A DNA stretch of 63,506 nt, the filler included, from Syncephalis fuscata S228 (lineage: Eukaryota > Fungi > Zoopagomycota), in assembly GCA_025786725.1 (NCBI GenBank). It is 4 parts of 4 records of this genome, joined end to end, with 100 filler letters (N's around TTAATTAATTAA, not from the genome) between each part and the next. Parts side by side here need not be neighbours in the genome. Positions count along the whole stretch, not along the records: positions 36,247 to 52,767 come from JAHLTZ010000200.1; positions 52,868 to 63,506 come from JAHLTZ010000292.1; 2 more parts are not named here. One strand, 5' to 3'. This document shows, piece after piece, positions 42,048 through 55,934 of the stretch; the stretch's first letter is position 1, and each line of letters starts with the position of its first letter. A program made the translations under genes and the position numbers. The notes beneath the pieces were generated by a model. The model made no database searches. It was not told where the DNA came from and saw only the letters and a list, made by a program, of their open reading frames with translations.

Positions 42048-42739
42048 TAATCTTTTAAAAAAAATCTAGATATTTGTAATTTCGTAAAATATTGGTAGTT
42101 GCAGCAATAAGAGCTATTAAAAGTAGAGCAAATTTTATGCGATAAAGCAATAAAAAATTAACAACTTATTCAATTATTTATAGCCAATTGCAGTACAGAG
42201 TAATCAATGCAAGATCTACTGTTTAAGCGAGAAAGTGCGCATTTGGTGATGGCCGGCATGAAAGTAAAACCAATTAATGACTTGATAATTCAAAATAGTA
42301 TAACATAGACTTTTATAACAATCAAAATGCTAGACAAAATTTAAATGTAGTTTTTTTCTCGAATACTCGAATTACCATGTTGATAACTCGATATAAATAT
42401 AGTAGTAAAAATCATCATCACTAAAAAAAGAATAATCGGAGTTAATAACCAATCTAGATTTCTATTCAGATTCTTAATTTATGGATTTGGCCATTAGATA
42501 TTAGCATTAGTTATTTGCACATGTAATTGCTATTTTTTCTTAATTCACTATTTATCAGTTTTAATGTTTAGGTTATTCATAAATCTACAAATAATTACTC
42601 TATTTTATTACAAACACACCAACTAAATAACAATACAATTAATTACGACTAAATAAGTATATTTATTGCTTCTTTTTCCACTCGTACTCCTAGTCTCCTT
42701 TTCCTGTTTGCGGGTTAGTACATGCTAATAATGACTATC

Positions 42740-45118
42740 TCACCGACGACGTGAATGATGGTAGGTAGATGGCGGTGGCACGTTATGATATCCATTATCA
42801 GCACCGGTATCCTTGTAGCCCGGCTCTAACGGATCATCTTGACGACGACTCCGTTGGCTGCTTTCCTCCTTGCCACGACCCTGTCCATTAGTGGCCGCAC
42901 CCGTACCCGATGCATCTTTATTATAGCTGCCTTGATAATATCCCTGCTGATTATATCCACTACCGTAATTATAATCTTGACCATAGCCTTGTTGTTGATG
43001 TTGCTGTTGATAGTAATAATTACTGTCGTAGTATTGGCCATTCTGACCATAATAATAGGCATTAGCATCGGTTGTGCCTGATTTCGATGCATCATCGGCA
43101 GTTGAAGATTTGCTAGGATTGGTAGTTGTAGCAGTACCATCAGCAGGCGCATCAGATGACGGTGGTGGTGGCGGAGAAGAAGGCAGTGGCGGTGGGGGTG
43201 GTGGCGCTCCTTCTTGAGCTCCATCAGCTCCTGCTGTTTGGTATCCTTCGCCGTAGTTCTAAAAAAATAGTTCATTATCCATACTGTAATCGTCACTCTT
43301 TTATTATAAAACTTACACCATACTGTCCATAGTGTGCATCATAACCACCTCCATAATTATAATAATTGTTATTATAATAGCCACCACGTCCATAGCCACC
43401 ATAATAAGATCCTTGCGGATTATTAGACACACGCTCAAATTCTTTTTTGACAGTTTCTACCAAATCCTTGGCCAATTGAACCGCTTCATCTAGCGCTTCC
43501 TGTTTCAAATGTCTGTATAGCATCACAATAGTTATCATTACATTGATTAACTAAACAATAAATTCGCCATTTACTTACGTCACTACTAGATGCATCGGTT
43601 CGTCTGCTTCTTTACCAGTTGCTGCCTCTATATAACCCGATCCCAACCCTCTAATGGTAACACGTGCACCTGTCTCGTTTTGAATATGCTTTACATACGC
43701 TCCCTAGATAACATATCAATCTCATAAATATGTAACCAGTATAAACCATCGCTTTGTCAATTACCTGTGGTCCAATAAGTTTAGGCTTGGCATAGAATCC
43801 AGGTGTTGGTTCAAAAGTAAGATAGACCTTTTCAGCCAAATAAGTTTTCTAAATAAACCATAGTGTATGTATATATATCATTATCATTATCATTACACTC
43901 TACAGATAGCCATCATTACTTACTTCGCGTGGTTTAAATTCACGTTGTGGTGCTATTGTCGGTGTATATGCACCTGGCTCTTCAGACATCAAGTCATCGA
44001 TACGCTTAACTGCTGCATCCAAATCCGCCTGAGTAGCTGCCGTGATATGTAAATGCAAGGCTGGCTCATCAGGTGTGGCCCGACTACGATCCGGATAATA
44101 TTTGCCGCGTGTTGTCACATCTATATACATACGCGTATATATAAGCACAAATACACTACACTAAGCCAAACTGTCCATTACCTGCACCAAAGTCTTTTTT
44201 AATCTGCTGTTGCGTAATACCCTTAGTAATGGCATATCGGTTACGACAATCATTAATGTCGATATCCTTGACAAATTCATGATTTGCGCTACTACTTGTA
44301 CTATAAGAATCTGCTAGAGGTGACTGTAGAACATGAAATGTTAATGATTAAATTATGCTTATGCCTATGGATGGCCATCATCTTTTCCTAGAGACTGTCT
44401 ATCCAGGAAGCGTACTTGGCATTGCCATAGTCGCCACAACCGTATTGCTCGTTGGTCGGCAATATACAGCCCGCATCGATGCATTAACGTCAATAAATCA
44501 ATATATCGTATATGCATATGCATATATATATAAATAGTTGTGTGTGACTTATGTCTTTTTTGTTCATGAGCTCATACGGCATATCATTTTAATAGCGATG
44601 AATGCATACTACTTACGGGTTCATTAGTTGTTGAACGTGAAAGAGGCATTGCTGCCTTCACCATCGGTTTAATTCCTTGTCGAGCAAGCATAGCTTCAAC
44701 CTTGGCCGCTGCCGCCGCTTAAAACAGTACCAAAAACATCAATAAGCTACATGCTATTTAGTTTGTTTGTTCGTTGTGAATTACCTGCAATCGCGGTCGG
44801 ATCGAGTATACCCGCATGAATCGGTGGTGGTGGTGGTGGTGGTGACGACGGTGGCGGTGGCGGGGGACGAGCAGCTTCAGCAGGCTGATCCCACTTGCGC
44901 TTCCGACTAGCAAAGTAGTTGATAGCGTGTATATATATAGTGGTGTGTTAAGGTTAATGGGTAATGCATGTATTCTATAGTACTTACGTTCGCGATTCCT
45001 CTTCCGATCCTACGCCATCTGGCTTAGGTGGCGGTGGTGGTGGTGGTGGTGGCGGTGGCGAGTCGGGCGGTGGTGGTGGTGGCCCGTAAGGAGGCGGTAC
45101 AGGTGGCGGAAAAGACAT
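42740..45118 (-). CDS. KH-domain RNA-binding protein, KHDC4/BLOM7 family
   Basis: Poly-Pro N-terminus, RKRKWDQP, VKDIDINDCRNRYAITKG, DVTTRGKYYPD, LIGPQ|GAYVKHIQNETGARVTIRGLGSGY. Confidence 0.9.
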
Positions 45119-45302
45119 ATAGTATGTAGTATATATATGTGTGTATAACTCGTAACAGCTGGAAACAATTAACCAAGAAATAAAAAAAGGAATGTGTACA
45201 TGTAATAACAATAATGATTTTTGTTAACTTTTCTGTCAATTAATTTCAACCACACGTGTGAAATTATGTCAATGACACATAGAACATATTAACTTTAGAT
45301 TG

Positions 45303-46121
45303 AATCGTACTTTGACTCCCACATTTGGAGTTTTCAAGGTAAAATTCGCTCCAATTGAAATTTACGAGGCCTATCATTATTGTTGTTGGTCATGCGTAGA
45401 AAGATTAATCGAATATTAATAGAAGACATATGATTGCAATTCCATGTCATTTTGCAGTCGTTGTTGTTGCATCTATGTACAGCATGGATTATTGCATCTA
45501 ACTAGTCTCTTCTATTTCCTAATATTGTACTATTGTATTTTGGACATATTTGTAATGTAAGATCAAGACTAGTATAATTATTATAAATGCTGTTTATTAA
45601 ACAGCCACTTTTCTATAGCCAATCTGACTAAATAAATGGCATTTGAATAATTAATATCATAACGACAATATATATTAAAGCAATAATAAAGATAATTAAT
45701 TAATTACATTATTGTACTGATAATTACATATGGATTAACTAATGTTGGATGTAATATTATACATGTTATAGTAACGAGTGAATGTTTAATTATCGATACA
45801 ATAATGTAATCAATTAGTTATTTTTATTATTGCTTTAATATATATATTGTTCTTATAATATTAACCATTTAAATGCCATTTATTTAGTCAGATTGGCTAT
45901 AGAAAAGTGGCTGTTTAATAAACAGCATTTATAATAATTATATTGGTCTTGATCTTACATCACAAATATGTCCAAAATACAATAGTAGAATAATGATAGG
46001 CTTCGTAAATTTTAAAGTAGTCAAATGAAAACATTATAACTATGTTTGTTGTACATAGCAGTACAACAATTGAAGCGAATTTTACCTTGAAAACGCCAAA
46101 TGTGGGAGTCAAAGTACGATT
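45303..46121. repeat. ~820-bp foldback / MITE-like hairpin
   Basis: 45303-45357 pairs with 46068-46121, 45358-45382 with 45989-46012, and 45527-45710 with ~45810-45987. Confidence 0.9.
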
Positions 46122-47291
46122 TAACCATTATTACAGGGCCACATCCCTTGAATTACTAAATAATAATTAAATATTATTAAAAATGTATTAATGCCATCTA
46201 CATACTAATAATAACAATAATAACAATGTAAAACTGCAACATTTTACACTTGTCTATTAATATTTACATATATTTATAACACTTTACACCAAACATACAT
46301 CTTTATACTAATATGTGTATGTATTACAACAAAACCTCTATATATCTACCAATCTAGTGGACGACATAATACCTTTTAATTATTAATAGTCGACAATATT
46401 AATGCTGGCACCGTTTAAATAAGTCAATGAATATTTGAATAAGCACTGTTATTTTATATCAACTTGCATCCTTTTGCTCTCTCTCTCCCTTTCTCTCCTT
46501 GCTCTGCCATTCTATTTAACTGAATATAATATAGTATATATATATACAAGTGTATTAATACATACAGTATTTGTTGACACTCCTGTAATATCCAATAACC
46601 ATTTGTGTGTACAATGATCCATAACACAAACCAGTTCAATTAATCTTTTGAGAACACACGCGTGTGCCTATCCTTATCACACTCTGTTGGTGACTAGTGT
46701 CTATCCTTTTAACACTTATTCTCTTTCTTTTTTCTCTTTAAAGCTAACTATAGTTCTTTGGGCTGTGGCGTATAACCGATAGTATACCGTGCTATCCTGC
46801 CCCCTACTCGGTTAGTTCCATTGACTACTGCCATAGCGCCACCTGTCCACAGCACTTTCTATCGGCAACTCGGTGGTTGTGAAGCTGCACTAGAGCCAAC
46901 AACCTTTTTCCCTTCTCATAACAACAACAACAACAACAACAAGACCAACATCAGGCAAGTTAAAAGATGACGAGCTTCAAGTGTTTAAAGATGACTATGG
47001 GCACAGTATAAGCCATCTTGGTTGTTGACCATTTAAAGGTTGGCTCTAACCTGTTGCAAACAATAGTGGTTATAGATGTGTACTGTGGGTGGATGGGTGT
47101 ACTGTAAAGTGTACGTTTCTATCTAAACTAAAAGTCTTTATGGGAATGGCTTTATAACCTGCATAATGTATCACATTTATCCTATTGATTGGAAAGGGTT
47201 TCCTTATTAATGAATAGAATTATTGTAAACAACTATCTAACATTAAAATGATTAGATTAATATACTGTGTAATAATAACAATATATTTACC

Positions 47292-48897
47292 ATGGCGATC
47301 AACGAAATTGAACAATTCGAAGACATTTTGAGTGCCGAGGTACTCGTCGATATGGAGAAATTGAAAGATATGGCACGCTCAGGTGTACCCGATTCAGTCC
47401 GTGGTGTAAGTATCAGTGTATTGAATATACTATTTATTTAACCATTACTATTTGATGCTAGGTGGTTTGGCGTTATTTATTAGGCGTTGAAAGTGCAGAT
47501 CGATGTAGGTTAATCGTTATATTTACTATTCTTCTTCTTCTTAAATACTTATAATAACATTAATGATAGCACGTGAGCAGACCGATTCACGACGTCATAT
47601 AGAAGAATACGAACAGTTGGACAAGGAAAATATGGAGATTTCAAAACGAGTACGCGGTGATGTACAACGGTATCAGCGTCGATTGGCCGCTGTTAATGCT
47701 GGCTACTCAGTAAACACACTAACTAGTAATAAAAAAGAGCCGGATACACCTGCAGTAACTACTGCGACAACAACAACAACAACACCAGCTACTGCTGATT
47801 TTACAGCCAATACTACTACTACTACTGTTACTGCTAGTACTACACCGATTGATAGTGATGCTAGTAGTCATGATAGCAAAGATAAACATCACCACCACCA
47901 TTATAATAATAGTAATAATATAATAATAATAATAATAATAATAATAGCCATCAATATGGTCAAGCATCAGGCCAGAATAATAGTTTGGCCGAACAATTGA
48001 CCAATTTTGTGACTAGACACGATCTATCGGCGGTAGTAGAACGTATTCTCGCTGCGTATATTAATGGCAATAAGCATGTAGAATACTCACCGGCTCTCGT
48101 CTCGTTGTGTATGCCATTTGTATTTGTTTGTCAAGCCGAATCGGATATGTATCATTGTTTCTCCCGTCTTATGAGTATGCTAGGTAATAGACCCACCGGT
48201 ATAATAGCCACCATCTATACCATAAAACAAATAAGCTAACCATTTCTAATTACTGCTACGGCATTATTAGATTATTATCTTGACGAACAAGGCATTCGCG
48301 AACGGATGGCCAATTTCATGACCCTATTCCGTGCACTCATTCCAGACCTGTATCCTTTAATCGGATCAACAATAGTTATATATCTATTGTTATTGTTTAT
48401 TGATAAATTATACTTGACTAATTACTGCCCTAATCTAACCTATAGACATAACTACTTTATTGAAGAAGAGGTCGATGTCAATGAATGGGCCACTTCATGG
48501 CTACAATTCTATTATCGAAAGAGCTGCCCCTTCCTTGTCTATTACGACTATGGGATATCTATTTCTCATTAGATGGAGTATTAGAAAACCATGTCTATGT
48601 CTGTCTTGGTAAGTCATTCATTATTGTATTTTATTACTATTTATTAATGTTGGATTACATTGTATTATATAGCATTGTTACGACATTATAAAGATGCATT
48701 AGAAGAATTGGAACAATCAGAGATCCGCACGCTACTACTCCGCATGCCTGTATTAGACATCAACGAGGTAACTAGCTAATAGTATATACTGGATATAATG
48801 GATATTTATCAATATACATAATTTATAATAGGTCATTCATCAAGCACTGAATATCCGCAGTGAAATCCTACAACGTCAAGTCTCTGAATCACTTTAG
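47292..48897 (+). CDS. Rab-GAP TBC-domain protein (about 7 exons)
   Basis: VDMEKLKDMARSGVPDSVRG|VVWRYLLG, VRGDVQR, FMTLFRALIPDL, WATSWLQ, LLRLWDIYFS. Frameshifts in the (AAT)n tract and near 48508. Confidence 0.88.
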
Positions 48898-49255
48898 TAA
48901 CAATATTATTAATCGAAAGGCCATGGCAACAATAACATTAATAGCAATTAGTAGCAGTTTATACAAAGAGTAGATTCTATTATCATTAATGACTATTATG
49001 ATCAATATTCGTATTTGTATTATTAGAGATGTTTAAGTTTTTCATGATCTCTTTTTGTGTCATTATCGGATAACATTGGAACATGTATCCATGTCAATTA
49101 TTCTATAGTTATTATAGTTATAGTTATACGTAATTATGTGGTTATAGGTGACATCATCACTATCATTCTCTTTTAAATACTGGTCATAGTAAACGTATTC
49201 CTTTTTCTTTCTCTCTTTACTACACTTCTTTCTTTTATCAATCACTATTAACAAA

Positions 49256-50293
<1,038 letters not shown>

Positions 50294-50577
50294 AGCATTA
50301 CATTGAATAAAGCAACTCGATATACACACACTAATATTGATATTGATATACACTAATTAATGGTAAACGCAATATTATTTCATTATAGAAATTGAAACGA
50401 ATGACAATGCATATCTAATAATCAACAAGTATTATTAGTGTTATGCCTTGATATGCCGTAAATGATTTAAATGGTCTTTGTTAATACCAAAAGTGAACCA
50501 ATCTATACTTACTATACTATCTATACTATACTATACTAGTTATAGTACTAGTACCAGTACTAGTCTAGACAGATCCC

Positions 50578-50900
50578 TTAATAGAATGATATAGAAGATG
50601 TACCACCTGGTGCTTGTTGTGGTCTAATCATAACAATTATTAGAATAAGTATATAATATATATATTAGAATATATATATAATATGAATACATACTTGAAT
50701 ACTGGGGCCCGTGTCTTCTCTTCATTCGTTGTATTAGGATCACGTATATTACCACGTGAACCATTAGAACGATGGTCTTCTTCATAATATTCTTTACTTA
50801 ATTCACCCAGATTAGGATTACGCATACCGCCACGTCCTGCTACACTCGCATTAGCCGGTCTTGGTTTAGCCAAATCATCATCTTTATCCACTTCAAGACC

Positions 50901-50949
<49 letters not shown>

Positions 50950-52303
50950 TAGTATTTAATATAGATATATATATGTATATAGTATCTTAATTACCAACTG
51001 AAGTACGGTCATCACAGAATACTAGACTTGATTTAGACGCATGGGTTATCCGTTGTTGCTTATCACCATTAAATGTTGAATGTTTATCAGTCATCGACAG
51101 TTTATTAACACCTATTTATGTCACTCATTAACTAGTATTCTACACTTTTAGTAGATTACAACTTACCTTTAGTGGCGGTATCAACATCATGGTCACCATC
51201 ATCACCAAAAGCAATTTGAGACTTGCCACCTGTACTACTTGAATCCACAACTTTAAAAACTGGTCTATACTTATTCGTTGGTACATCTAAATAACCATAT
51301 ATATAATTAACACAATCAATACACTATAATATACTATACCATCTATCTACCACTTACCGGCATGTCCATTGAATTCAAGGGTAGAATGGTTATTGTATCG
51401 TCCATTAGAGTCACCCCGAGTAATCCCTGTCACATCACTCGGTGTCTCTCCTTCATTGGTAAGCATAGACACATGGGTGGCGTGACTTGGATCGAGTACC
51501 CGAGAAGTAAGTTCAGTAGCACCAGGATCATGATCATCAGGATCATTACTCAATGTTAATTGAGATCGACCACCTGTACTGCTATGTGTCTCCAATATAC
51601 GCACCGATGACACCGATCCCTTTTGATTCAATTCAGAATCAGAGTCAGATTCATCCCCGAATTTAAGCTTTGATTTACTCATGGGATGCACAGGACGTGT
51701 CGTTACCACTGAACCATCATCATCATCATTATCGGCATTAAAATCAATACTCGATTTACCACCCGTACCGCCAGAAGGTGGCATATATTTACGCTGTACC
51801 ATGGCTGCCTTCTTCCGCTTCTCCTTCTCTTCTTCATCATCGCTATCAATGTCGCCTGATCCAAAACTGATACTTGATTTACCGCCTGTTCCACCGGAGC
51901 GTGAACCATTCACACTAGGCCGCCAAGCACTATGCGCATCTTCTCCGCCCTCATGTTCAGAGAAACTAATACTTGTGTTGCCTCCTACATTATGTCTAGT
52001 CGATCCTCTACTCGAAGGAGGCTGTCCCGCACTAACCGGTCCCTCTACAACCAACCAACCAACCACTATAAGTATTGACGGGTATTCAGTAGTGGTCGCC
52101 TCTTACCAGTACGACCAAATGAAATACTTGATTTACCACCACCACTGGCATGTGCACCACCTGCACCACCCGTAGATCTCACATAGGTGTCCGCGTCATC
52201 ATCACCTCCAAACGATATACTTGAATGGCCTATTAACAACAGTAATAGGTGTTATATGGTCATCTAATAACTAGGTGTACCACTACTTACTAGTTCGACT
52301 CAT
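50578..52303 (-). CDS. Low-complexity protein with ~8-10 GGKSSISFG-type repeats (Jupiter/HN1/SPIRAL1-like, putative microtubule-associated)
   Basis: Spliced frame with SSISFG, GGKSSISFG (x2), GGNTSISFS, GGKSSIDFN, GGRSQLTLS and GGKSQIAFG, ending QQAPGGTSSISFY*. Confidence 0.75.
50902..50947 (+). repeat. (GTATAT)n intronic microsatellite
   Basis: About 7.5 perfect copies. Confidence 0.9.
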
Positions 52304-52767
52304 TGGTATAAAGTCAACTGGCTGTATTACTGACCACAATAGAAATAGTAGAGAAGTAGAGTCAATAAGATGAAAGAAGAAAAGAAAAGTGTTAATAAAG
52401 AAGACACAACGTGTGTGTGTGTGTGTATTTGTGTGTATTATAAATGAATGGTTCATGGTTAATGCCATGCTCTATTAATTAGGCAATGACTTGTTCATTT
52501 CCGGTCTGTGCCACGCATAGAATAGGCAAGTCATGAACATCCATCACTTGTAATTGATAGGATAGTAGAAGGGTTTAACCACGTGGTAAAATACTCGTAT
52601 GTATATTAATAGAGATATGGATCATTAAATATAGACAAAGGGTTTCATCCTCGCATGACATGATACAGTCATTGTTATAATAGACAAAGAATAGAACATA
52701 TAACATATAACATATAATATATAATATATAATATATAATAAGGCCAATAGTAACACTATGTATCATT

Positions 52768-52867
52768 NNNNNNNNNNNNNNNNNNNNNNNNNNNNNNNNN
52801 NNNNNNNNNNNTTAATTAATTAANNNNNNNNNNNNNNNNNNNNNNNNNNNNNNNNNNNNNNNNNNNN
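52768..52867. other. Artificial contig linker
   Basis: N44-TTAATTAATTAA-N44. Confidence 0.98.
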
Positions 52868-55340
52868 GATAATGGATGATGAATAAATAAAATAGAAAAT
52901 AGACATTAATGTATTATTATTATCCAGTAAGCATATATCCAGTGTGCATATACTCAATATGCATACATCCATTATTTACATATATCATTGTATGATATCG
53001 TGTGTATATTATATTAATTGTAGGAAGCAATATACACGACTCATTCACGTCAGTATGTTATAGTGCTTACAACATGCAATGATTTATATTAATTATTAAC
53101 TCACATATATGATGTATTGCATCGGTAGATTGACACTCACATATTGAAGAATAGAATTTAGCACTCATTACCATAAGAGTTATGTACGTTTACATGCACA
53201 GATGTAACATTAACTAAACAATAACATTGAATTAAATATATTGTTATAGGACATATATTGACAGACATATACTAATTGAATAATGGAACAAATAAATATG
53301 GAATTAATTGAATAAATGAGTGATTGACTAATTGACGGACAAATTGAATAACTAAATAAGCAACTAATTGCCCAACTGAACAACTAAATGATCAACCAAT
53401 TGAATAAAGACTAACTAATTGACCAACTAATTGACCAACTATTGACTAACTAGTTGGCATAATTTCCCAACTAATTGACTAACAATATTACAGACTAACG
53501 AGCAGACTAATTCGTAGACATTAATAATCAACAATATAAGAAGTAGACAAACAATGGCATAAATGATTGAACAATAGACTAAATAACAGAATGGTTGACA
53601 GATTGACAGACTGGTCAACTAACGGATTGAGGGTTGAAGTGAACTTTAAGCCACCACATATTGACTTTAACAATGAATAACTCGATAAATAATAGCTCAA
53701 ATGACATGAGAGTGGTTGAAATGAACTTTAAGCCACCACATATTGACTTTAACAATGAATAACTCGATAAATAATAGCTCAAATGACATGAGAGTAGGTG
53801 ACAATGAAACAGAATAAACAGGAGATGAAGAAACAACAATAAAACAGACAACGATTTTTTTTTATTTTTTGAAAATATTTTTGACAATTATTTGACAAAG
53901 ATTTAGGGCTAATGAAGATAGGGCTTGACAAAATAGGGCTAAAATAAGAAAAATAAGACAAAAATGAAGAATGAAGGAAAATGAACAAGAAGCTAAGAAC
54001 AACTATACGAGCGATAGCGAGTAGAAAACAACAAGAACAACGACAATAGAACAACAATAACAACAACAACAAGAGAAGAGAGACAACAAAAGGGTTCTAC
54101 CACTACGGGACCTAGTATTGGAGTTCGAAAAACGGTCACGCTAATGGCTTCATATTAGGAAGGTGCCACTCAAGCAGTAGTGCTGTGGCAATGTGCTGTG
54201 CAGATTGAGGCCAATATGAGTAAAATACAACGAGTAAAGTGACCATTACATAGATAAATACTTAAAAACAACGCTGGGGAAGCAAGTGATGCGTAAACTA
54301 CGTAAAACTACGTAAAATAAACAAAATACGGTAGCTGAACTACGAGTAATGACCTGCAAGAACCATACTGACTGGTCATTAGCTGAAATTACTGCAATGA
54401 CTGCAATGACTGCACTAGAATAGGCCGAATTGACCCCCAGTAGCCAGTATACCATACACCAATCAACACACTATCATAATAAACAAATTATAGCAATAAA
54501 TAAACAAATTTATTTGTATACTTATTATTTTTACCAATATTTGACCAATATTGCTATGATATGCATATACAATTCTGAATAAAAACAATAAATATTTAGA
54601 CATTTTATTTTATTGGCTTATTATAACCAGAATTGTCGTCTGAGTACGCAGAACCAATCGGATTTGCTGTATATTTTTTCGTTAATTTACTATTAATTTT
54701 TTAGTGTGTCCAGTTGTGACTGCGTAATATGGTAATTAGCGAACTGAGTGTAAGGAATGGCCAGTTTCAACTATAAAGCTAGCGTAAAATGGACTGCGCC
54801 AATCGATAGAGCGTGGCCATTATACTGTATAACAATATACAACAACACGCTATAAAATAAAACACATATGGTATACAACGTCAAATTTACAGTGATAAGT
54901 TACAGTGTACCACTATGGCCATTTCAAGTGCCCTCACAAAAGGGTTTAACATTAAGGTACGTTTTTGTTATAAAAAGCCCTAAAACATAAACACGCGCTT
55001 ATTTAATAATAGATCTAGAAGCAAAACAGCAATGGTGTTGCATAGCTCTTACGCATTATACAATAAATGGCATACAATATAATGAATGTACAGCGTAATA
55101 AGTGGATTAAGTGAGGTGTGTTGCCGCATATAATAAACAAAATGTGTCTAGTGTATCATATGATGCTATATAGTAGTGTTTCAATAGAATTATAGTGATA
55201 TATGTAAATAAAATATAGATGTGTACTGGATAATAAATCCACGATAATAAGTATTTTGACAGCTGGTACCACTCACCACCAGTTCTATATCCAATAGAAC
55301 GAATGGCAGGTTTTAATGGGACAAATATTATTAAATTAGT
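52868..55340 (-). repeat. Composite repeat modules, reverse complement of ~1300-2810
   Basis: 52868-53090 matches rc 2590-2810, 53750-54850 matches rc ~1490-2550, and 52868-53240 is directly repeated at 62427-62800. Confidence 0.9.
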
Positions 55341-55934
55341 CATTTTATTATAAATCGGATTGTAATTAAATGGCTTGATGATTGATGTTATTCATCACCT
55401 AGCATTATATTCAATGAAATAAGTATTATTAAATGTAATGATTTGATTACCAAATTATTAACAGCTTATTAAATATTAACGTAACACAATATAAATGACG
55501 TTTAAATAAAATACTAGTACTATTGTTAAATGAGTGGTGGTGTTGAAATATGTTATTATTATTTTAGCAAAATAACATGCGCATACACCTTCATTTTGTT
55601 ACAGTAACATTGTAACAAAGTGGCCATTTCCGTGGCCACTAAATTACTAGTCAGTCACACATGGCAAATACTATTTTTATTTATTTTTTATTTTTTATTT
55701 TTATTTTTATTTTTATTTTTATTTTTATTATTTTATTTTCTTGTATATTGTTCTACTCTAATACTAGCTATCAACTAGAGCAATATATAAACACACCAGT
55801 TATCACAAATAAAAACATGATCAATTTTTATACAAATTTACGTTTATTTCTCTCTAACTTGTGCTTTGTCACTTGTCCAAGTAATCTGCATACTCAGTGT
55901 ATCTCATCAGGTTACATTAAGCAAAAAATACCAA

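Noticed and set aside
54090-54240. Locally hyper-diverged repeat segment
   Set aside because: It differs from rc 2100-2210 mostly by scattered 1-bp insertions, the signature of unpolished long-read sequence.
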